Part shown: positions 54,309 through 64,000 of the stretch, one piece after another
How the letters are laid out: every line of letters begins with the position of its first letter
Position numbering within the stretch: the stretch's first letter is position 1
Assembly: GCF_006345805.1 (NCBI RefSeq)
Contig: NC_043002.1
Span: 112,716,001 to 112,780,000 of the forward strand
Direction of reading: 5' to 3'
DNA: 64,000 nt
From: Octopus sinensis
Taxonomy: Eukaryota
Position numbers and translations under genes: made by a program
Notes under the pieces: model-generated
The model's database searches: none
Seen by the model: only the letters and a program-made list of their open reading frames with translations
What the model was told of the DNA's origin: nothing

Positions 54309-54399
54309 GCTTAATGTAAACAACTTCTTTGGAAACCTGGCCTATGCAGAAGACAGCAATTCAATCTGTAGATGTTTACTTGAGGAAAATATTACTTGA
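54309..54399 (+). CDS. Candidate terminal exon (LNVNNFFGNLAYAEDSNSICRCLLEENIT*)
   Basis: Pyrimidine tract, CTAAT branch-like site, TTTCAG acceptor, 29 open codons. Confidence 0.25.
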
Positions 54400-55107
54400 A
54401 TTTGCTAACTTTCACTTTTGGTATTATCTGTCACCAAAACGAATGAAATATGTCTATTCAAGCAATATATAAAGCAAATATAGTGGAATTGCTGTAGCAA
54501 TAAATTTAGAAACCAAATGTAACTCATTACTAATGGGAAATATTGCATAGAAGAAAAATAGTTATTCCGTTTCTCTTCTCTTTTCTGCAGCCATTATTCA
54601 AATATTTTATAATGTTCACTTAAAGTCTCCGTTAGCAGACTTGTGTTTGGATACCGGTTTTCTAAACGAAAGATGGGTGGTTCGTATCCAGTCGTCATTC
54701 TTGACCGCGAAAAAAATTTATTTCTCAATGCACCGTTTCACCTAATTAATACGCAGAGACTATTATTGTTTAATTAATTAGTGCTTTGCTGTTTTGTACA
54801 ATAATTTTGTCATCCAATAGCAAATATATCAGGAAATTTAGGACCTTCCATTATCAAAAAATAATCGAGGCACGGCTGAGAAGTATAAAAAGGGAATGAT
54901 TCCCCGTGATATCCAAATGCGCATAAACAAAGATAAGCAATGTCGAGTGTATTGCACTGATATCCTCAGTGCTGATATCCTCAGTGCTGATATCCTCAGT
55001 GCTGTAGTCTGCCAAAGAGACAATAATAAAGAGAAAATAACAATATGCGGAATAATTATATAAATATTTTAAACTCTCAAAAAAAAAAAACAAATATATG
55101 GAAATAT

Positions 55108-55470
55108 ATGGTTCCGGGTTCAGTCCTACTGCGTGGCATCTTGGGCAAGTGTCTTCTGCTATAGCTCCGGGCCGACCAATGCCTTGTGAGTGGATTTGGT
55201 AGACGGAAACTGAAAGAAGCCTGTCGTATATATGTATATATATATATGTGTGTGTTTGTGTGTCTGTGTTTGTTCCCCTAGCATTGCTTGACAACCGATG
55301 CTGGTGTGTTTACGTCCCCGTCACTTAGCGGTTCGGCAAAAAAGAGACCGATAGAATAAGTACTGGGCTTACAAAGAATAAGTCCCGGGGTCGAGTTGCT
55401 CGATTAAAGGCGGTGCTCCAGCATGGCCGCAGTCAAATGACTGAAACAAGTAAAAGAGAAAGAGAGAGAG
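55108..55470 (+). mobile_element. OK-like SINE, 5'-truncated
   Basis: Family consensus from ATGGTTCCGGGTTCAG. Confidence 0.88.
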
Positions 55471-55824
55471 AAATAGAAATATTGGAGATGTAGATACTAG
55501 AGCAGCCACTTAATTACAGAGCTATTGGGATTAGTGAGATCTGATACAAAGCAGTAAATCGGAGAGCTGCCGGGTAAGCCTTTCATGTATGAAATCAGAA
55601 GTCTTTGGAATAGCACATATTCTGTTAAAAAAAGTTGTTTTTTTTTTTAAAGGAAATTAAATTTATCTTCTATTTCTCTTCAGGCTTCTGTCTATTTCAG
55701 GAAATTTTTCTAAACACTGTTTTTGTGCAGCAGGGCAATAATAGCGTTTTCTAGTTTAAACACAAAACCAGACAGTAAACCGATTATAATGGTGAGTGTG
55801 AGTGTATATGCGCATGTCTAAATA

Positions 55825-55868
<44 letters not shown>

Positions 55869-56510
55869 TTATCTATGTTTCTATTTCTCTTTCTCCCTAC
55901 ACACACACATATATATGCGTCGAGAATTTCGTGCAAGTGCAACTTACGAAACTCTCGGCCAATGAGTGACATAAATTTTACAGTCGATTACATGTGTGTG
56001 TGCATATGTGCATACATATATATGCAACACACGCATGTATGTATGTATGTATGTATGTATGTATGTATGTATGTATGTATGTATGTATGTATGTATGTAT
56101 GCACGCATGCCGTCTTGCCTATGGTCCTCAACTAGTAACATACCGTCCTAAAATATGAGATGTCTTGGGTACTTAGGGATTTGGCAGAGCACATGTCTCT
56201 CCACATCTGAAGTGTTGATTTCTTCCAGAAATAGAGATAGATAGGCTGGTAGAAAGAAAATAAAAGAGATGTGAAAGAAACGAAGCTAATAGAAGAATGG
56301 TACCTTTATCAAACAACCCCGAAGAGATGAAGAGCAAAGATGACTCCGACAGCTGGAAGTGAACTCAGAGTACATACACAGTGACAGACGATTACCTCAA
56401 AACATTCTAGCCAACGAGCACAAATGCTTTCAAATGCCACCCTTATATTTGATAAAACACGTATATGTGTATATATATATATCTATATATATATTTTTTT
56501 TTTCTTTTTT

Positions 56511-56931
<421 letters not shown>

Positions 56932-56932
56932 C

Positions 56933-57034
<102 letters not shown>

Positions 57035-57219
57035 TATATAATTAGGGCTTAGTAAAATAAATTACTTTGCCACATACTGAACTTAGTAGAAATAGCAGCC
57101 AGAAAAATTTTCTTAGCATTTCTACTACTTAAGAAAATTTCTCTCAGATAATGTTTACTCTAGACAGCTCACGAAGGTTTGGGGGTAAATACAGAAAAAT
57201 ATCACAAGTACATAGATCG

Positions 57220-57282
57220 TTTGAGTACGTCAACGTTTCAAGATTAGCCAAATAAAATCAGCATTTCTTTCGTCAGCTCAAA
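57220..57282 (-). ncRNA. Type I hammerhead ribozyme (left arm)
   Basis: Reverse complement of 57680-57742. Confidence 0.82.
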
Positions 57283-57679
57283 ATTTCTTAATTTGGATTT
57301 GGAAACACTAAAAAGAAGGAACTTTACCTATCAGCGAACTACTCGCTTCAGATGAACCACTCCAACTAACAGTGTCAACAAATTCAAAATGCGCAGGCGT
57401 AAAATTCTGCACTCCCCATTCCACCCACGTAAATTAATTAATTTTACCCTCAATTGTTGATATTATAATTAATTTCTCTCGGTCATACTGCCTCGGTTCT
57501 CGCGGTTAAAATATAATGTTTGCTAGATAGACCACGTGGGTGGAATGGGGAGTGCAGAATTTTACGCCTGCGCATTTTGAATTTGTTGACACTGTTAGTT
57601 GGAGTGGTTCATCTGAAGCGAGTAGTTCGCTGATAGGTAAAGTTCCTTCTTTTAGTGTTTCCAAATCCAAATTAAGAAT

Positions 57680-57742
57680 TTTGAGCTGACGAAAGAAATG
57701 CTGATTTTATTTGGCTAATCTTGAAACGTTGACGTACTCAAA
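57680..57742 (+). ncRNA. Type I hammerhead ribozyme (right arm)
   Basis: Stem I TTTGAG/CTCAAA, CTGACGA (57686-57692), stem II AAGA...TCTT, GAAA (57723-57726), stem III ACG-ttga-CGT, GUA site (57734-57736). Confidence 0.85.
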
Positions 57743-58059
57743 CGATCTATGTACTTGTGATATTTTTCTGTATTTACCCCCAAACCTTCGTGAGCTGTCT
57801 AGAGTAAACATTATCTGAGATAAATTTTCTTTAAGTAGTAGAAATGCTAAGAAAATTTTTTCTGGCTGCTATTTCTACTAAGTTCAGTATGTGGCAAAGT
57901 AATTTATTTTACTAAGCCCTAATTATATAATGTAATATTTGAATTCGCCTTAAATGGTCCTTTTACATACTGAACACTTGGTGAAATTGATTAATTAATT
58001 ATTTTACCCTCAATTGTTGATTCATATATATATATATATGTATATAGTATATACATATA

Positions 58060-58091
<32 letters not shown>

Positions 58092-58348
58092 ATGTATATA
58101 TATATATATATACATATATATGTATATATAATATGTATATATATATGTATATATATATATATACATATATATGTATATATATATGTAATATATGATACAT
58201 AATATACATATAAAATATATATGTATATATATATATAATATATATATATATATAATATATATATTATATATATATATGTATATATATATTACATATATAT
58301 ACATATACATATATAATATATGTATATATATATATATAAATATTATAG

Positions 58349-58395
<47 letters not shown>

Positions 58396-58471
58396 CCATA
58401 TATAATATATGTATATATATTACACACACACACACTCACAGACACACACACACACCACACACACATATACA

Positions 58472-58512
<41 letters not shown>

Positions 58513-58597
58513 TATATATATATAATATCTATCGGAACAGCTCACCCACATAAGTTAGATTCACTCAGTTTTGACGGGGATTTTTTCAAATTTTTTT

Positions 58598-59374
58598 CAC
58601 CACGCACTTCAAAATGATGTGAGGAAGCCTTTTATGAAAACAAAATTTTGGAAATCTATTTTCAATCTCTCCTCCTCCCCGGGGCCCTTGCGGTAAATTT
58701 TTCAAATTCCGTTTGCAATACTTACTTAAAAAGGATGGGGAAAACCGTTGTTTTTTAAAAAATATACTTGAAATTCACGAAAATCTATTGAACTTTCCTC
58801 CAGTAAAGCACTCGCTAGTGTCGAATTAAAACATGGATAGTATACATGTTCAGCTCAGTACACAAAATGAACTGATTCCACCATGACAAAAGCATTTACA
58901 AGAACACTTGCGAATTCAAAGCCCTTTTTAGTTGCTTCATACCAACATCCGCAGCTAGTCATTTGTACACAGTACTCGAATACAATTACTTCGATTTTAT
59001 TAGAAATGAATTTTGGAAGAAGTTCTCACCTATTAAACAATTGAAGAACAATTCAAATATGGAAATTCCAATGATGAAAGTTCTTTCGAAATGATCCAAA
59101 AATATTCACATAAACACAAATGATTCATAAATACCGGATAAATATGGTTCCATATTGTTTTTCAATTCTTCTATTGTTTTGTTAGTGTCGAATGGGAAAA
59201 TTTGAAAGAAATTACCTTTCATTTTGAGTTGAAAAAAAAACGATGGAGAAAAGAATTTTAATGGCGATCGCTGCCGTGCGGGCACGAGGGGAAATCCATG
59301 AATTTACATCGATTTCAATTTTTTTTTTTTTCTTAAGAAAAGGCTCCCCTACTATCGTTTTTAAGTGCGTAGTC
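58598..59374. mobile_element. Possible old MITE or DNA-transposon remnant
   Basis: Imperfect inverted repeat: ACGCACTTCAAAATGATGTGAGGAAGCCTTTT versus AAAAGGCTCCCCTACTATCGTTTTTAAGTGCGT. Confidence 0.45.
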
Positions 59375-60062
59375 CTTCAAGACTATTCATACTTCAGTTG
59401 TCTGAAGTAAGAAAACATCATAGAAACTTCGTATGGCATTGTTAGAAAGATGATCCATTCTCTTCTCCATTCCTGATTGCTGGAGTCATGGATGCTTAAC
59501 AAAAATATCTGCTTCACTAACTGATGCTCATAAAAAACCAACTAAATAATCATTGAACATGTAACTGAAAACAGACCGATTGTCGTATCAATACCAAAGA
59601 GATTATTTCAAGGAGGCTTTCTCTCTGTCTTCTCTTTATTGTGACACTAATGCCATTGTTATTTCTTTTACAAAGAGTCAGGGTCTACAAAAGTAAGGGA
59701 CCCCAGTGTTACTCATAATTCCATCGAGAAATATTTAGTATTGTTTTCAGCTGATATACAGAAATGCATTGGGATCTTTTCCTTTTGAACGGCACATGTC
59801 AACACAATTTCTAGTTAACTAAACACTTTTAAACTTCGTATACTGGTAGAATGTGTTTATAATACATCATTTTTTCTTGGCTTTATTGAGAAAAGTCTAT
59901 AGTTTGTAAGATATTTCGTCTGAAATTTCGAGCATTTCGGCAATTTTAACCAATCGCTCACCTCCATTTGGGGTGAAAAGATTCCGTGCTGTATGAATAT
60001 GTCCCTTGTTTAAGAAACAGATTGGGTTTATTTACATTTGCGAAGAAAAAAAGATGCCCTTC

Positions 60063-60347
60063 CACCTAAAAGCTCCACGAGGCTTCGGCAGTGGATGGTG
60101 GTGATCCCTGCTGTACTCTTTCACCACAACTTTCTCTCACTCTTACTTCCTGTTTCTGTTGTACCTGTATTTCAAAGGGCCGGCCTTATCTCTCTCTGTG
60201 TCATGCTGAATATCCCCGAGAACTACGTTAAGGGTACACGTGTCTGTGGAGTGCTCAGCCACTTACACGTTAATTTCACGAGCAGGCTGTTCCGTTGATT
60301 CGGATCAACCGGAACCCTCGTCGTCGGAACCGACGAAGTGCTTCCAC
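60063..60347 (+). mobile_element. OR1-like SINE, 5'-truncated
   Basis: Family body and tail. Confidence 0.88.
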
Positions 60348-60685
60348 ATATGTATCAATATAAGGAAAATTGATGGCACATTCCTATCAAAACGTCTGCC
60401 AAAGACAAATATAATAAGCCTAATAGAGTTTGAGACAGAAAAATTATGTTTTATAGATATCAGCAACCCTGCAGATGTGAGAATTTGTTTCTGCTTTTTT
60501 TTTTCTTGCTTTTCTTTTCTTTTTCTTTTCAAAGTCAGTGAAATTCTTTACGGACAAATACTTCGAAAGCTACAATTTCGCGACCTTGGTTTTACATTTA
60601 TATCTAAATTTGATTCGTACCAATATAGTTTATATATCTATAATTATAGAAATGTGGATTTATATCCATTTTGGCTGTGTTAGAA

Positions 60686-61021
60686 ACTCTTTACTCTTTT
60701 TTTTACTCTTTTTACTTGTATCAGTCATTTGACTGTGGCCATGCTGGAGCACCGCCTTTTTTTTTTAGTCGAGCATATCGACCCTAGGACTTATTCTTTG
60801 TAAGCCTAGTACTTATTCTATCGGTCTCTTTTGCCGAACGCTAAGTGACGGGGACGTAAACACACCAGCATCGGTTGTCAAGCAATGCTAGGGGGACAAA
60901 CACAGATACACAAACACACATATATATATACATATATACGACAGGCTTCTTTCAGTTTCCGTCTACCAAATCTACTCACAAGGCATTGGTCCTGCGCCTC
61001 CACACAGCCACTCCTGCGCCT
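60686..61021 (-). mobile_element. OK-like SINE with internal deletion in the head
   Basis: Family consensus. Confidence 0.85.
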
Positions 61022-62283
61022 ATATCTGTATTTCAATTTCAAAATGATGGGGTGTTTTCAGAAAAAGCTGTTATCATTTCGCAGATCCCACAACCCAGTG
61101 CCTAGCTAATACGCACTTCACAAATACAATTTATAGACGAAACAGTAAAGATATACAAGACCTTTTCTAAAGTTCGACTTGTAACTTTTCACCGTTGTTA
61201 TCTAAATGCAAGTAATGGCGCTTTGTTTCATGGTTAATAGTCAGTTCCTTTATAGGAAGACTTCAAATATTAAAAAAGGATGAAAAAAATCGTCAACGAC
61301 ATATTCAATGCTAACCGAGGCTGGTGTGGAGAAGAAAGAAAAACTACGCATATTAAACAAAAGTTTCTGAAAAAAATCGCTTATGTGAAACTTCTAATTT
61401 CTTTCTTGCTTAATTAAACTGAAACACAAGCTTTAAAGTAACTGAAGGCCAAGGGCTGTAACAGAATGAATTGTTCTTTCCTTTGTATCTCTGTATTACA
61501 TTTAAATATTATACTGTTGTAGAAACTTGTTTACATGGAATTATGTTTATTTGCGACCTTAGTCAGAAAATAATTGGCGCATTCAACCTCTGATTAATAA
61601 TTCAAATTTTGCCTTCCTTTTTTTTCTTTTTGTTATTCAATTATTTGGCTTTCTCTACAGACTTAGATATTACACTCATTATTCACTGGCAGATTGGTTT
61701 GTAGCTTCGAATGGAAGTAGATTTGTTAACCCTAATTGACTTATGCAGTAATTAAACTTACACAATAATTAGAAATACTTTGAGAAGAATCCATATTTTG
61801 CTAATTTATATATTTAAAAAAATCTCATTAAGGAGCCTCTCAAGAGAGAAAAAAATATATTTTTCATATAAAACTGGAAAATTGTACTTATCATACAAAT
61901 TCATTAATGATTAGCTAAAACCAAGAAGCGGATTTCATTCACCATACTGACGGTCTGAGGTTTGAAATCATATAAAGTTGATTGTATGTTATTAATTCAC
62001 TTATTGATTTTGTGTATTCATTAAACATACAATTAAATTGAAGAATAACACAGTGTAATGTTTTTATGATTTAATTTGAACGAGGATGATGAGACGCTAG
62101 AACGGTAAAGCGGTGGGTCGACGGCTTTGCATTATTTAGTCATGCAGCTCCATGTCTGAGTTCAAATCGCGCTGCCGATTTCGCTCGTCGCTCCGAGATT
62201 AATAATATGAGTATCGATCCGCCGAGATCGACTTTGCCTTTCATCCTTTCGAAGTCGATGAAATAAGTACCAGTTAAGTTTTA

Positions 62284-62666
62284 GAAGCACTCCGTCGGTT
62301 ACGACGACGAGGGTTCCGGTTGATCCGAATCAACGGAACAGCCTGCTCGTGAAATTAACGTGTAAGTGGCTGAGCACTCCACAGACACGTGTACCCTTAA
62401 CGTAGTTCTCTGGGATATTCAGCGTGACACAGAGAGTGACAAGGCCGGCCCTTTGAAATACAGGTACAACAGAAACAGGAAGTAAGAGTGAGAGAAAGTT
62501 GTGGTGAAAGAGTACAGCAGCGATCACCACCATCCCCTGCCGGAACCTCGTGGAGTTTTAGGTGTTTTCGCTCAATAAACACTCACAACACCCGGTCTGG
62601 GAATCGAAACCGCGATCCTATGACCGCGAGTCCGCTACCCTAACCACTGGGCCATTGCGCCTCCAC
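62284..62666 (-). mobile_element. OR1-like SINE nested in a family C SINE (~62095-62745, + strand)
   Basis: TSD ACCAGTTAAGT at 62269-62279 and 62667-62677 lies within the family C domain. Confidence 0.9.
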
Positions 62667-63632
62667 ACCAGTTAAGTATTTGAGTCGATGCAATCGACTA
62701 CCCCCTTCCCGCCAAATTCCAGGCTTGGTGCCTATAGTAGAAAAGGTCAATATTGGTGTGGTAATGAAGAAAACCATTGAGTGAAATTTGATCGGAATTT
62801 TCACTGCAGAATTCGTCAAATATTTCTCTGAAAGATATTTTATGTAGGTAGTGAGGTTCACTGGAATTTATTCGAGTTTAATTTATGTTAAAATAGGAAT
62901 ATCGAGCTCTTACACTAATATTCTCTTCTTTCCTAATATTTGGAGTCGGCTCAGTAAGCTAAAAAGAAAATAGTCAATATGATTGGATGAAATGGATAAC
63001 TGAAAGTTGTGTTACGCCTATACACAACGCACTTTCGAAAGTCCGTGTGTTGTTGCTCAGCATGTACGAAATAACAGTGAAACCTTTTTAAATCCTACTC
63101 CAGCTCTTTTTTATATATCATTCTTTAAAAGAAGGAATAGTATAACCACAAAAGCCAGGATCATCATGGTTGAAATGTTTTACCTCAAAGGTCAATCATG
63201 ACTTCCAAGAGTCAAGCATCAGCAACGGAATCATTACTGAATGAGAACCATTTGCTGTTCAATTTATAGTTTAGCATTTTAATAAGTTGAATAGATGAGC
63301 CTGTTTTAATGTGAGAAGATTTGATCAGGGCAATAAATAATTTCTGACAAATTTCGGTTTTTGTCCATTTCTACGTATGACGAATAAAGTTTATCTTTCC
63401 TGCATTTTTACTTATTAATCATAGCAGATAACGGTTCAGTCCGTATCATGAGCAACTGGATTATTAAATGGAATGCTATTAAACATTATAAATACATAAA
63501 CGTCGCTTATTTCAGTCTGTAAACTACATTGAAGCTATACTTATCGGTATCTAGCAGTGATGTGTTATTGCAACCGAGTAACAGGACAGCAGTATGTACT
63601 TACGAAATCATATTACGTTGATTATAAAAAAA

Positions 63633-64000
63633 CTAGCAGTATCGCCCGGCGTTGCTCGGGTTTGTAAGGGAAATAACTATATAAGCATTTTTAGAGAGTT
63701 ATAGCCAAAAATTAGCAAAAAAATGCATTAAAAATGGAAAAAAAATTATGGTAAATTTTTTTTTAAATCGTTGACTCATCGTAGACATTTTTAGAGAGTT
63801 ACTTCCCTTATATAATAGCAAAAAAATGCATTAAAATGGGAAAAAAATGATGGTAATTTTTTTTTAATCGTAGACTCATCGTAGACGCGCGCTAATACCG
63901 AGAAGGGCTTGATATGAATCACGACTATAAGATACCCGGTTTTGGTTAAACTGCACCGCAAAATGTGGGAGTAGTTAGGAATCTAAATCGTAGGAGACAG
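63633..64000 (-). mobile_element. Non-autonomous Helitron, second copy (cut by window edge)
   Basis: Near-identical to 36669-37169 with one fewer internal repeat unit. Confidence 0.8.

Noticed and set aside
54955-55005. STEDI x3 protein repeat
   Set aside because: A simple 15-bp tandem triplication; the ORF starts inside a SINE and has no coding support

Overview
A repeat-saturated, AT-rich eukaryotic window. The SINE families point to an octopus or other coleoid cephalopod genome; this is inferred from repeat content. No complete protein-coding gene is supportable, and nearly all listed ORFs are translations of microsatellites or SINEs. Contents: many tRNA-headed SINEs (an OK-like ~410-bp family, OR1/OR2-like families sharing a tRNA-Arg-like head, a third family, and single copies of two others); decayed LINE ends (RTE, CR1/L2-type, Tx1/L1, CRE-like); Tc1/mariner/Tigger remnants; non-autonomous Helitrons; and a few isolated candidate exons. 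The most interesting signal is a set of small non-coding islands, mostly embedded in (TA)n tracts, that carry type I hammerhead ribozyme folds. Four elements carry six strong cores, and several more cores are decayed. Several islands are inverted duplications, including a 398-bp-arm foldback. A very decayed RT + GIY-YIG (Penelope-like) remnant lies nearby, so this looks like a Penelope/retrozyme-like non-autonomous system. Two SINE-LINE 3'-tail partnerships are also directly visible. All coordinates were read by eye, and element edges may be off by a few to tens of bases.
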